This document shows, in pieces, positions 1-8,123 of a stretch of 38,758 nt of DNA. The stretch lies in IMG/VR virus record IMGVR_UViG_3300040789_000013; one strand, 5' to 3'. How positions within the stretch are numbered: position 1 is the first letter of the stretch; each line of letters begins with the position of its first letter. The notes beneath the pieces were generated by a model that worked only from the letters and a program-made list of their open reading frames with translations, made no database searches and was not told the origin of the DNA. Position numbers and translations under genes: made by a program. Origin of the DNA: a virus.

Positions 1-21
1 ATCGACAAACAAGAAAAGGCG
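1..21. repeat. Terminal overlap: identical to 38738..38758, consistent with circular closure of the assembly
   Basis: ATCGACAAACAAGAAAAGGCG occurs at both ends of the window. An ORF reads in frame through the join. Confidence 0.9.
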
Positions 22-423
22 ATCACTAAGCCGATCAATGACTCACTCAAAAAGATCCGGGATATGTTCCGTCCGTTTAAGACTCAAGTCAAGGGAGTCA
101 GCGATGATCTTAAAAAGCGACGTCAAACCTGGATCGATGCTGAGGCTGAGAAAGCTCGAGTCGAGGAGGAGCGTATCGCTAAGCGAGTAGAAAAGGGTAC
201 TATGCGAGAGGATACCGCTGTCGGTAAGCTCGCTAACATCGAGCAAGAGGCTCCAGATACTCGAGGTGGTATGACGTCAGTGTTAGTGGTCAAGGTGGTC
301 GACATTAAAGCGATTCCAGAAAAATACCTTACTGTTAACGAGACAGCGATCAAGGCTGATCATCGGGAGGGAGTCGATATCCCGGGAGTGGAGTGTACTT
401 ATGAGAAACGAGCTAGAAATTAA
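1..423 (+). CDS. 3' part of a junction-spanning gene (5' part at 38588..38758); coiled-coil protein resembling the siphovirus Gp157 family
   Basis: Frame 1 is open from base 1 and in frame with the listed 64..423 ORF. The ATG at 38588 reads through the 21-nt overlap, giving a joined product of about 190 aa. The N-half is charged and helical. The C-terminus (VVDIKAIPEKYLTVNETAIKA...GVDIPGVE) resembles Gp157-type proteins that head phage recombination modules. The family call is from memory. Confidence 0.55.
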   Translation: MDKQEKAITKPINDSLKKIRDMFRPFKTQVKGVSDDLKKRRQTWIDAEAEKARVEEERIAKRVEKGTMREDTAVGKLANIEQEAPDTRGGMTSVLVVKVVDIKAIPEKYLTVNETAIKADHREGVDIPGVECTYEKRARN

Positions 424-429
424 ATCTAT

Positions 430-660
430 ATGCAAAAATCAAAAAAGCGACTTTCAGTAATGGAAAAGATCCGGAGAGCTTTAATCCCCGGAGCTGATCG
501 TAAAATGATGAGACTGGTCTCCAGAGATCATCGTCGATGGGCTGAGGGCTGGAAACGTAACGCGACGTATAAAGGTAAGCCGCTCACTCGGTCGATGATC
601 CGTCGAGTCGGGTCCCGGGAGCGTGCTATTGAGCTCGGATTATTTAAACTTAAATCTTAA
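430..660 (+). CDS. hypothetical small basic protein
   Basis: 76-aa ORF, tightly packed after the previous stop, with codon style like its neighbours. No recognisable motif. Confidence 0.5.
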   Translation: MQKSKKRLSVMEKIRRALIPGADRKMMRLVSRDHRRWAEGWKRNATYKGKPLTRSMIRRVGSRERAIELGLFKLKS

Positions 661-663
661 TTT

Positions 664-879
664 ATGGCTAAAGAAAATATCCAACAAATACCAAAGGAGG
701 ACCGCGAGGCAATTTATAAAGAGATCATGGCTGGTATCAAGCCGGTCGCTGATAAGTATGACGAGACGGTCGTCCGGTGGGCGTTAAATCGTCATCTCAA
801 AGAGCGTCGAGAGATCGAAAAAGCTAAAGCTGATAAAGCGGAGGCTGAGGCTCGTCTTAAGGAGCTCGGAGTTAAATAG
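664..879 (+). CDS. hypothetical protein (Lys/Glu-rich helical)
   Basis: 71-aa ORF, 3 nt after the previous stop and 1 nt before the next start. Confidence 0.55.
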   Translation: MAKENIQQIPKEDREAIYKEIMAGIKPVADKYDETVVRWALNRHLKERREIEKAKADKAEAEARLKELGVK

Positions 880-880
880 T

Positions 881-1204
881 ATGAGCGATCGTACTGTTAT
901 AGTCCCGGAGGCTGATCTGTCTGATATTGATTTTAATGCTATCGATCTTGTCGAGCAGTTAAAAGAAAATCATATTGATCGGATACACTCAGCTCTCGAC
1001 CGAGAGATGATCTCTTTTCTAAAAGAGCACAAATTATATAAAGATGGTCTGACAGCTGAGCAAAATCGTAATCGACTGATCGATCTAGGATACGAGGTAA
1101 TACTCGAGAGAAAGCCGGACGATGTATACCAGTACAAACTCTGTCGAGTAATCGATTACCGGGGTATTAAAGTTATCAGTAATGTAAGTATTAAAGATGA
1201 CTAG
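881..1204 (+). CDS. hypothetical protein
   Basis: 107-aa ORF in an operon-like tight array. It overlaps the next start by 8 nt. Confidence 0.55.
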   Translation: MSDRTVIVPEADLSDIDFNAIDLVEQLKENHIDRIHSALDREMISFLKEHKLYKDGLTAEQNRNRLIDLGYEVILERKPDDVYQYKLCRVIDYRGIKVISNVSIKDD

Positions 1205-1820
1205 CGTCCTCCCAGTAAATCCTCGATACGGCGTCCCGGCGATCAGCTGGTCCGACGTCATCGCTATCGAGAGCAACGTCTCAGCCTGGTACAAGCGAGC
1301 GACTGGGGTCATGGGTAAACGCGAAAGTCCCTCATTATCTTATGGGACTTTTGTGCATAATCAGATCCAGCGTCGAGCTAAGGTCCATCCAGAGATTAAA
1401 AATATCCCTCATGGTCACTCTCCAGAGGAGGTGATCGTCTATAATCTCCGATATCGTAAAGGACACAAGAAAGTCCCTCACTCGTTTTTAATTGTCGGTA
1501 CTCCAGACGATGCTGACGACGATACTATTTACGAGTATAAGACTGGACTCAAACTCTGGACGCGTAAGCAAGCGGAGGATCATGGTCAGCTCCGGACGTA
1601 CGCGTTACTCCGGGCGTCTGTCAATAAAGGTAAGTATCCTAAGCGAGCTCTCCTCGTCTCTCTGGAGACGGCTAATGATGAGGACGCCGGTATTTATCTT
1701 ACTGGTAATACTCGCGTCCTGGAGGTCCCGATCACTAAGCTCGAGATCCTTAAAATCCAGGCTCGCTTTATCGCGGCGTACGAGAAAGCTGTCGAGTTTA
1801 TGCACACTTTAGAGGCTTGA
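1197..1820 (+). CDS. PD-(D/E)XK family nuclease (RecB/Cas4-like exonuclease fold)
   Basis: Motifs GTFVHNQIQ, VGTPDD, IYEYKTG (D...ExK) and QLRTYALL (QxxxY) occur in the order typical of RecB/Cas4-like nucleases. It sits in the recombination module. Confidence 0.65.
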   Translation: MTSVLPVNPRYGVPAISWSDVIAIESNVSAWYKRATGVMGKRESPSLSYGTFVHNQIQRRAKVHPEIKNIPHGHSPEEVIVYNLRYRKGHKKVPHSFLIVGTPDDADDDTIYEYKTGLKLWTRKQAEDHGQLRTYALLRASVNKGKYPKRALLVSLETANDEDAGIYLTGNTRVLEVPITKLEILKIQARFIAAYEKAVEFMHTLEA

Positions 1821-1897
1821 TAAAAGTATGATAATACGATATCATACTTGAGTAACGCCTTTAATAATGTTACACAATCATTAAATACAATCGTCTT

Positions 1898-2782
1898 ATG
1901 ACAAATACAAAATCAACTAAAGCAACCGCTAAAAAGGCTCCAGCTAAAAAGGCTGAGACTAAAAAGCCGGGATTATCAGAGGAGCAACTCGCTCGACTTA
2001 AGGAGCAATCCGGAGTCCAGGCTGGAGGTACACGCCTCCCAGTATTAAACCGAGTCGCTTTAAATGGTAATGCGGATGCGGTAGAGGTAGAGGGTACGGA
2101 CACAATGAAACGTCCAGACGTAAATTATCGGAAAATGCTCATGGTCGGAAAAGAGTCAGACGCTCGACCAGAGACGGAGGATCTAGGATCTCCGATCGAG
2201 GTTACGTTTGTAAAGATCCGACGACGACTGATCGCTCGAGACTCGCAAGGTTTCCAGGTGATGTCATCATCTCAGCATGGTCATCCTAATCATACGGTCG
2301 TTATCTGGAGTGATAACAAGATGATCGCTAAAGGACCGGCTCGAGAGATGCGAGAGCAATTCGAGGATCTCCGGACCGTACAAGAGATATATATCCTATT
2401 ACCCGACGGAGAGCTTGCTCTATTGATCGTCAAGGGAGCGGCTCTAGGGTCTAAGACTCGAGATCCGAAACTGGATAGCTTTTACGATTACATCCAAAAG
2501 CTAGACAAGGAGGGAGGTATCTTTATGCGTAAAACGATCCTCGGAGGAGTCCTGGAAAAAGGAGCTAAGGACTTTTATACGATGACGTTTGAGATGGGAC
2601 GTCCGTGTACAGATGAGGAGCTTGCTGACGTACTAGAGCAATCTGACGAGCTGTCAGAGACGATCAATAAGTACGACGAGGAGCAAGCATCGATCGCCTT
2701 TACAGATGGTGAGGAGCTACCGTTTGACTCAGAGGGAGACGACGACTCAAGTGAGCCGGCTGATCCTAATAAAGCATTTTAA
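1898..2782 (+). CDS. putative ssDNA-binding or annealing protein (function uncertain)
   Basis: 294-aa ORF with a Lys/Ala-rich N-terminus and an acidic C-terminal tail (EELPFDSEGDDDSSEP) reminiscent of SSB tails. It lies next to the nuclease. Gene presence is solid; the function call is weak. Confidence 0.5.
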   Translation: MTNTKSTKATAKKAPAKKAETKKPGLSEEQLARLKEQSGVQAGGTRLPVLNRVALNGNADAVEVEGTDTMKRPDVNYRKMLMVGKESDARPETEDLGSPIEVTFVKIRRRLIARDSQGFQVMSSSQHGHPNHTVVIWSDNKMIAKGPAREMREQFEDLRTVQEIYILLPDGELALLIVKGAALGSKTRDPKLDSFYDYIQKLDKEGGIFMRKTILGGVLEKGAKDFYTMTFEMGRPCTDEELADVLEQSDELSETINKYDEEQASIAFTDGEELPFDSEGDDDSSEPADPNKAF

Positions 2783-2794
2783 GGAGAGCATAAG

Positions 2795-2826
2795 AAAAAT
2801 CCCCGGGAGAGATCCTGGGGATTTTC
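2795..2826. terminator. bidirectional rho-independent terminator between convergent gene blocks
   Basis: A 9-bp stem AAAATCCCC / GGGGATTTT is flanked by an A-run and a T-run. It lies between the + gene ending at 2782 and the - ORF ending at 2828. Confidence 0.6.
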
Positions 2827-2827
2827 T

Positions 2828-2968
2828 TTATGTGACTATCTCAATTTTATATCCTTTAGTCTCGAGATCCTGGTAATACTCGATCTCTCTCTCTGACTTG
2901 ATCTCCCTGGTTACGACTACTCCCCGGGGATCTGTACGCTTAATAGTGTCTCCGATTTTGATATCCAT
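2828..2968 (-). CDS. small hypothetical protein (46 aa; below the ORF-track cutoff)
   Basis: My own translation gives MDIKIGDTIKRTDPRGVVVTREIKSEREIEYYQDLETKGYKIEIVT. It fills the gap between the 2983 gene and the terminator, and its codon style resembles its neighbours. Confidence 0.35.
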   Translation of the reverse strand: MDIKIGDTIKRTDPRGVVVTREIKSEREIEYYQDLETKGYKIEIVT

Positions 2969-2982
2969 AGTCTTTAATTATA

Positions 2983-3288
2983 CTATCCCGGTAAGCTGTC
3001 AAACCACTCATTATCAGCGATACGACGGTCGATCTCAGCTTGAGTCATCGGGATACGACATATGTACTCGGTCCGATCTTTAGAGTGCCATACGATCGCG
3101 ATGTCGACGTCACGCTCCAGGGCTCGGAGAGCCGTCCCGATCTCTTTTAAGGAGTATCCCTGTCCGAGTGCGAGCTGTTTAAGCCTCCCCTTTTTAATCC
3201 AGGTGGTCTCGTCGACGGTAAAATCGACGCCGAGTTTAAACTTAGCGAGGTACTCTCGATATCTAGTGTGGAGGTCGGGCTTGCTCAT
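2983..3288 (-). CDS. hypothetical protein
   Basis: 101-aa ORF. Its start overlaps the stop of the upstream - strand gene by 4 nt (3285..3288). Confidence 0.55.
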   Translation of the reverse strand: MSKPDLHTRYREYLAKFKLGVDFTVDETTWIKKGRLKQLALGQGYSLKEIGTALRALERDVDIAIVWHSKDRTEYICRIPMTQAEIDRRIADNEWFDSLPG

Positions 3289-3821
3289 ACAATTTTATTT
3301 TGATACGCGTGCTCCCCGAAATACTCAAGAGCTTTCTCGTTATACCACTCAGCCGCCTCCCACTCATGCTCAAAACACTTAGTCTCTGGACGTCCATTTT
3401 TCTGGATGGTCGCTTTCCAGCTTTTAATTTTATATCGAGGATCTTTAATTTTACTTACTCCTTTATATTGAGAGCTAGGGTTTTTTAATTTTGGTTTTGA
3501 TCGTTTGTGTTGTTGTTTTTTTTGATACATTTTCCAGGCGGTACCATTAAACTCAGCTGTCGTCAGTAATAGTATATTTTCTTTACGATTGTCTAATGTA
3601 TTTTTATTTTTATACGCCACTTTACGCTGGATTTTAGGAGTATAAAGGAAACGGCTCATCGGTATACGTACCCAATTACCAGAGTCGAGCTTAAAGTTGG
3701 TGGATGCGTATACGTTACCGGAGCTGTCTGGTATAGCTTGCCAACTAAAACGACTTAAAAAAATGTAGTCCTCATCATCGACAATAGCTTTATATCCTTT
3801 TGTTAATTCTATTTCTCTCAT
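3285..3821 (-). CDS. AP2-domain DNA-binding protein of the phage HNH/AP2 homing-endonuclease-associated type
   Basis: The C-terminus (SQYKGVSKIKDPRYKIKSWKATIQKNGRPETKCFEHEWEAAEWYNEKALEYFGEHAYQN) fits the AP2 pattern YRGV..W.A.I......G.F....EAA.AY..A....FGE.A..N. The N-terminus (LTKGYKAIVDDEDYIFLSRFSW) is typical of phage AP2/HNH proteins. I saw no HNH catalytic motif. Confidence 0.65.
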   Translation of the reverse strand: MREIELTKGYKAIVDDEDYIFLSRFSWQAIPDSSGNVYASTNFKLDSGNWVRIPMSRFLYTPKIQRKVAYKNKNTLDNRKENILLLTTAEFNGTAWKMYQKKQQHKRSKPKLKNPSSQYKGVSKIKDPRYKIKSWKATIQKNGRPETKCFEHEWEAAEWYNEKALEYFGEHAYQNKIV

Positions 3822-5056
3822 ACATTGTCGGGCTTAATAGTCTTGTCATAAGCAATTACTTTTTTACTGACTCGGAAAAATCCTTGACTGAGAAATCCCT
3901 GGAAATGCAATCCCTCTAGCGTCCGGACTCGAGATACCGCGACGTACGCCTGTCCCTCAGCAAAAGCGTGCGAGACGTCGACAATAGCTCGATCGAGCGT
4001 CATCCCTTGCGATTTATGGATGGTGATCGCCCAGGCTAATTTTAATGGTAACTGAGAGATCTCAGCGTATATCTTACGGTTTTTACCATAACCGCTCGAC
4101 GCCTCCCAGGTCGCCGGATCTACCTCATAGCTCAGTCCGTTAGTGAGCTCGACGATAACTGAGTGAGGTCGTAGCTCAGTGACGATCCCTTGCGTACCGT
4201 TTACCCAACGGAGCTCTCCATCATTACGCGTAAAGAGGACCGGTGTACCGACTTTAAGTATCAGTCTCTCCGGGCTGAGACAGTTTTTCTTGAGCTTTTC
4301 AATAGCATCCGGGTACTTACTATCCTCTTGCATTACGTACGTCTGAGGAGGCGTATCTAGCCTCTCCAGCTGTCGATTATTGATCTGATCGACTTTCTTA
4401 TTATGCGTATCGAGTCGGATCTTAGGATCCTCGACGGTACTAGCGTCCTCGATTACTCTTGATCGGATGATATCTTTCTGGGTTTCCGTAAGGAAGCCCG
4501 AGCGGATATTCTGGAGGATCTCAGTAAATACCGGCTCAGTCTGACGCTTTTGCTCAGTCAGATAACAAACCTCGAGATCAGCCTCGTCCCAGTCCTCAGA
4601 CTCAAAAGCAAATCGTCCCTTGACTGGAGGTAACTGGAAAAAGTCGCCGACGACGATGACGCGGATCCCTCCGAAAAATAAGTTACGTCCCCGGGCTCGC
4701 TTAGCGATCTTATTAAGATTTTCCATAAGCGACGCCGATACCATCGAGATCTCATCGATGATCAGTGTCTCGGTCTCCAGGTAATTACCGTAAGCGTATC
4801 CCTCCAGGATATCGTCGACGTCCTGGTCCGAGAGAGGATGATCGTCGCGTAAGCCTCCCCAACTATGGAGAGTTTTACCGTTTACATTTAAAGCGGCGAT
4901 CCCGGTCGATGCGGTCATTATCGGAGCCTCTCCGTTATCGAGTAACCAGGCGACGTATTTATTTATGAGATACGATTTACCGGTCCCTGGAGCTCCAGTT
5001 AAAAAGATATTTTTGTTAGTGTTTTTCAGTATCTCGAGTGCTGAGTCTTGAGTCAT
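3818..5056 (-). CDS. PIF1/RecD-family DNA helicase
   Basis: Walker A (GAPGTGKS), TASTGIAA, IIDEISMV, VGDFFQLPPV, ITIHKSQGMTLD and YVAVSRVR occur in canonical order. The start is placed at the ATG at 5056 (MTQDS...). The extension to 5116 in the ORF track looks spurious. Confidence 0.8.
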   Translation of the reverse strand: MTQDSALEILKNTNKNIFLTGAPGTGKSYLINKYVAWLLDNGEAPIMTASTGIAALNVNGKTLHSWGGLRDDHPLSDQDVDDILEGYAYGNYLETETLIIDEISMVSASLMENLNKIAKRARGRNLFFGGIRVIVVGDFFQLPPVKGRFAFESEDWDEADLEVCYLTEQKRQTEPVFTEILQNIRSGFLTETQKDIIRSRVIEDASTVEDPKIRLDTHNKKVDQINNRQLERLDTPPQTYVMQEDSKYPDAIEKLKKNCLSPERLILKVGTPVLFTRNDGELRWVNGTQGIVTELRPHSVIVELTNGLSYEVDPATWEASSGYGKNRKIYAEISQLPLKLAWAITIHKSQGMTLDRAIVDVSHAFAEGQAYVAVSRVRTLEGLHFQGFLSQGFFRVSKKVIAYDKTIKPDNV

Positions 5057-5209
5057 ATTATTTATTTTTATTGCAATTACTACATTTAAAACAATCGCTC
5101 CGGTAATCCCATCCAAAATGGTATTTAAATAAAGCGTTACAGCACTTAGATCGGAATCCGAGTCGCTGAGCTATCGAGTATTTATTGATCCAGTTATATA
5201 TTTTTTCAA

Positions 5210-5785
5210 TCATTGTAATGCTTTAACCGCCTCCGGAAAAGAGACGCCGTTTAATTTTTGATAAAAGGCGATACTGTCGCCATGCTCGCCGCAAGCTCCG
5301 AAACAGCTCCAGCGATTGTCGGGATGGATACAAAATGATCCGGTCTTTTCACTATGGAAAGGACAGCATCCGAAACGTCGACCGCTCTCTGGTCCCCGGA
5401 GATGTCCGTCGTATAGCTGATCGATCGGATACTCTCTCGCTCGATCGATCATCTCATCCGTGAGCTTTTCCCGGTAGGGATTGCGTTTGTGTATCTCCCG
5501 TTGGTTAATGCGCTTGAGTGTCGTCTGGTAGTGCTTTACTCCCTCGGCCACTCGCATTTTCCTCAGATCCTCTCGTACCTCGTCATACTCTGGCCAGCCG
5601 GTCGGCTCGTATGGTGGGTTACTCGCTACAATGTGTCTGATATTAAGGATGCACGCTAGTTTGATGCCCTGGAGGTCGTCCTCGAACAATGCCAGGGCTC
5701 CGGATAGATTAAGACGCTCCGGCCGGTAGTCCGGGATCTCATACCACTGGCCGTCTATCTCTACGCTCCTGGTCTTTTTATCCAC
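5210..5785 (-). CDS. CHC2 (DnaG-type) zinc-finger protein, primase-associated
   Basis: The C-terminus reads CCPFHSEKTGSFCIHPDNRWSCFGACGEHGDSIAFYQKLNGVSFPEAVKAL, matching the zf-CHC2 signature CPFHxEKTxSF...CFGCGxxGD. I saw no TOPRIM motifs. Confidence 0.7.
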   Translation of the reverse strand: MDKKTRSVEIDGQWYEIPDYRPERLNLSGALALFEDDLQGIKLACILNIRHIVASNPPYEPTGWPEYDEVREDLRKMRVAEGVKHYQTTLKRINQREIHKRNPYREKLTDEMIDRAREYPIDQLYDGHLRGPESGRRFGCCPFHSEKTGSFCIHPDNRWSCFGACGEHGDSIAFYQKLNGVSFPEAVKALQ

Positions 5786-5949
5786 GGTGATACGTAATTA
5801 GCCGGCATCGTTTTAAGGATTGCGTGCGCTCTCACGCGCGACAATCCAAACACTCTCCCGATTTGAGCATCATTATAGCCTTGTTTTTTGAGGCTATACA
5901 TCAGCTCTTTTCTTTTATCGGCCAGGTGCGGCTCGATCTGTTTCGCCAT
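5761..5949 (-). CDS. small helix-turn-helix protein
   Basis: The segment YNDAQIGRVFGLSRVRAHAIL looks like an HTH. It is the first gene of the - strand block, downstream of the divergent promoter region. An ATG lies at 5949 and a GTG alternative at 5955. Confidence 0.45.
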   Translation of the reverse strand: MAKQIEPHLADKRKELMYSLKKQGYNDAQIGRVFGLSRVRAHAILKTMPANYVSPWIKRPGA

Positions 5950-5980
5950 ATACACAGGTTGCTTATTCTCGTAATGTGTT

Positions 5981-5996
5981 AATATGATATCATAGA
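5981..5996. promoter_or_regulatory. near-palindromic AATATGATATCATAGA element in a divergent intergenic region; contains TGATATCAT extended -10-like boxes on both strands
   Basis: ATGATATCAT (5984..5993) is a perfect palindrome and so reads as TGnTATCAT in both directions. It lies between the - gene starting at 5949 and the + gene starting at 6056. Related copies lie at 36346 and 38543. Confidence 0.4.
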
Positions 5997-6035
5997 GAAA
6001 CGAAAAGCACTAACAATATGTTAACAGCGGCATAG

Positions 6036-6044
6036 TGTTATAAT
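6036..6044 (+). promoter_or_regulatory. extended -10-like box TGTTATAAT, 11 nt upstream of ATG 6056
   Basis: It matches the TGnTATAAT consensus and implies a very short leader with no Shine-Dalgarno sequence. Confidence 0.45.
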
Positions 6045-6055
6045 CGGCGGTAACA

Positions 6056-7399
6056 ATGGCAAACCAAAATAATAAAACAAATTCTCGAGACGAGACTAAA
6101 AAAATAAACGCGGAGCTAGAGGAGATGGGACTAGATCCTGTACCGGATCCGGAGGAGCCAGACTACGTAATGAGCGATGGTAAAAATCCGTATCCGCTGC
6201 TGATATTTGAAAACATCTGTCGACTCCTGGAGTGCGATCCTAAGTATAAAGAGAGTTTCCGGTTTAACGAGTTCTCACATATGACGGAGGTAAAAGACGA
6301 GAGCGGCCAGTGGAACGATCTCCAGGACCATGTGATCCTCGAGCTCCGGCGGTACATCTCGAGTGAATATCAGTACTTTGCCAAAGTCGCTAAAGAGATG
6401 GTCATCGATGCAGTTATCTCTGTCAGCCATCAGACCATCATTAATCCGCCGCGGGACTATCTCCTCGAGCTCGAGTGGGATGGCGTAGAGCGACTCGGTA
6501 CCTGGCTGCACGTTGCGTACGGTGCTCCGAAAAATAAACTATACGACGCGATCGGCTCTAACTGGATGAAAGGCCTCGTTAAGCGAGTGCTCTATCCAGG
6601 CTGCCAGTTTGACGAGGTACTGGTCCTCGAGGGAGCTCAGGGTACTCGTAAGAGCTCGAGTCTCCGGGCGCTCGGTAGTCCGTGGCACGTCGAGACTACC
6701 TACTCTAATGATAAAGACTTTTTCCTCATCCTGGCTAAAAACTGTATCGTCGAGTTTTCTGAGGGTGACATCCTTAGCCGGGCTGGAGTCCGGGCAGTAA
6801 AGGCACTCATCACTAAGACGGAGGATCAGTACCGGGTCCCGTACGAACGGTCCACCACGACACTTAAGCGCGGGTGTGTGTTCGCGATGACGACAAACGA
6901 TACTGACTATCTTAAGGATGAGACCGGTAATCGTCGCTGGCTACCAGTGAAACTCGAGCGGGATGCTGACATCGACTGGATCCTCGCTAATAGAGATCAA
7001 CTGTATGCCGAAGCGGTACATCGGGTGGAAACGCTTAACGAGACGACGTGGGAGTATCCTAAAGATGCACTCGAGATCCTCCAGGACTCCCGGACTGCTG
7101 AGGAGTCACATATGGAGGAGATAGAGGACTGGTATCTGGCGCAAACTATTAAGCGACGGCAGCAGGGGATCCGCGTTAAAGAGGTGTGGGAGGGTGCTAT
7201 CCGCGAGGAGCATGATAAAGCAAGTATTAACAAAGCACTCGAGTACGAAATTGCGAGAAGTTTGCGAAAAATGGGGATGGAGAATAAGATCACAAAACAG
7301 GACGGCAAAGCGGTCCGTCGCTGGTTTTTCACTAGACAAACTAAGAAAAAGTATGCAGAACGATGGACTGAGGAGATTGTCAATACCGAAATTTTTTAA
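6056..7399 (+). CDS. VirE / P4-type primase-helicase family protein (replication initiator helicase)
   Basis: LVLEGAQGTRKSSSLRALG is a variant Walker A. The segment FSEGD...ALITKTEDQYRVPYERSTTTLKRGCVFAMTTNDTDYLKDETGNRRWLPVKL matches the conserved VirE core (..YR.PY......R....TTN...L.D.TGNRR..PV). Confidence 0.8.
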   Translation: MANQNNKTNSRDETKKINAELEEMGLDPVPDPEEPDYVMSDGKNPYPLLIFENICRLLECDPKYKESFRFNEFSHMTEVKDESGQWNDLQDHVILELRRYISSEYQYFAKVAKEMVIDAVISVSHQTIINPPRDYLLELEWDGVERLGTWLHVAYGAPKNKLYDAIGSNWMKGLVKRVLYPGCQFDEVLVLEGAQGTRKSSSLRALGSPWHVETTYSNDKDFFLILAKNCIVEFSEGDILSRAGVRAVKALITKTEDQYRVPYERSTTTLKRGCVFAMTTNDTDYLKDETGNRRWLPVKLERDADIDWILANRDQLYAEAVHRVETLNETTWEYPKDALEILQDSRTAEESHMEEIEDWYLAQTIKRRQQGIRVKEVWEGAIREEHDKASINKALEYEIARSLRKMGMENKITKQDGKAVRRWFFTRQTKKKYAERWTEEIVNTEIF

Positions 7400-7422
7400 G
7401 AAATCTAGCTCTAGTGAGAGAG

Positions 7423-7787
7423 TACTGTAACAGCCTCTCTTATCGATTATACGGCCTTGTATGGCCGTATTTTACGTTTTTTTTCGTGATTTTGGTTACA
7501 GTGGTTACGGTCCTGGTTACAGTGCTCGGCGGACCACTGTAACCGCTAATGTAGCCTTATATAGAGCCGTATAATTGCGATGCGGTTACAGTGTTACAGT
7601 GGTTACAGTACTTTTCCTATACTTTCCCCCAGCGACACTACTACTTATTAAATTACTTTTATTATATTGTACTGTAACACTGTAACCGTAGGTACTTTTT
7701 TAATGATTCTAGCCTTATTTATAGCGGTATTTTGTGGTTACAGTGCTTACGGAAATTTACTGTAACCGCACTGTAACCACTGTAACC
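7423..7787. repeat. iteron array; putative origin of replication
   Basis: There are at least 12 copies of GGTTACAGT(G) or its complement CACTGTAACC. Forward copies: 7494, 7515, 7584, 7593, 7601, 7736. Reverse copies: 7423, 7535, 7671, 7678, 7759, 7769, 7778. There is a degenerate GGTTACGG at 7503. An AT-rich core lies at 7611..7670. A second motif of about 22 bp (GCCTT.T.TAG.GC.GTAT.TT) occurs at 7453, 7554 and 7712. The array lies immediately downstream of the VirE-like gene. Confidence 0.7.
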
Positions 7788-7881
7788 GTCCGGGGTTGGT
7801 TTCTCATCACTTTGCAGGGTAATAGCGGTGCAAGGGTTAACCGCGCGGCGTGCAAAAAGTGGACAGGAATCTCCGCGGCGA

Positions 7882-7890
7882 TGCTACAAT
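7882..7890 (+). promoter_or_regulatory. extended -10-like box TGCTACAAT upstream of ORF 7928
   Basis: It matches TGnTAnAAT. The same 9-mer recurs at 31879. Here it is followed by a leader of about 30 nt carrying GAGAGGA (7913..7919). Confidence 0.4.
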
Positions 7891-7927
7891 TAAATTAGTC
7901 CAGTTCAACACAGAGAGGATATCCATC

Positions 7928-8122
7928 ATGGAGGACTTTTATGCAGATGATCGCCAGGCGATGCTCCCGCTCGATGAGAGGTTTCGACAAGCGGAGCAGT
8001 ATTCGCTCGATCTCCAGCCGCCGGCATCAACACGTCCGGCAACGCAAAGCAAAAAGCTCTGCCCGGTCCACGGATCGATAGAGATCCACGACTGCCCGTA
8101 TTGTCAGACTCGCTATCTCTGA
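7928..8122 (+). CDS. small protein with a C-terminal zinc-ribbon-like motif
   Basis: The ATG at 7928 is preceded by GAGAGGA with an 8-nt spacer, which is one of very few SD-led genes here. The C-terminus reads CPVHGSIEIHDCPYC. Local composition is more GC-rich than the flanks. The GTG start at 7850 in the ORF track is less likely. Confidence 0.45.
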   Translation: MEDFYADDRQAMLPLDERFRQAEQYSLDLQPPASTRPATQSKKLCPVHGSIEIHDCPYCQTRYL

Positions 8123-8123
8123 G

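Noticed and set aside
1-21. Possibility that the 21-nt terminal repeat is a biological direct terminal repeat or cos end
   Set aside because: It is too short for a typical DTR and sits in the middle of an uninterrupted reading frame. A k-mer-sized assembly overlap on a circular or circularly permuted molecule is the simpler explanation.
5057-5116. N-terminal extensions proposed by the ORF track: helicase to 5116, 23977 (TTG), 27577 (TTG), 34712 (GTG), 11644 (GTG), 7850 (GTG) and 8255
   Set aside because: In each case an internal ATG gives a sensible protein N-terminus. The extension either overlaps a promoter-like box, terminator or structured element, or encodes an implausible hydrophobic or odd peptide. 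The calls remain provisional.
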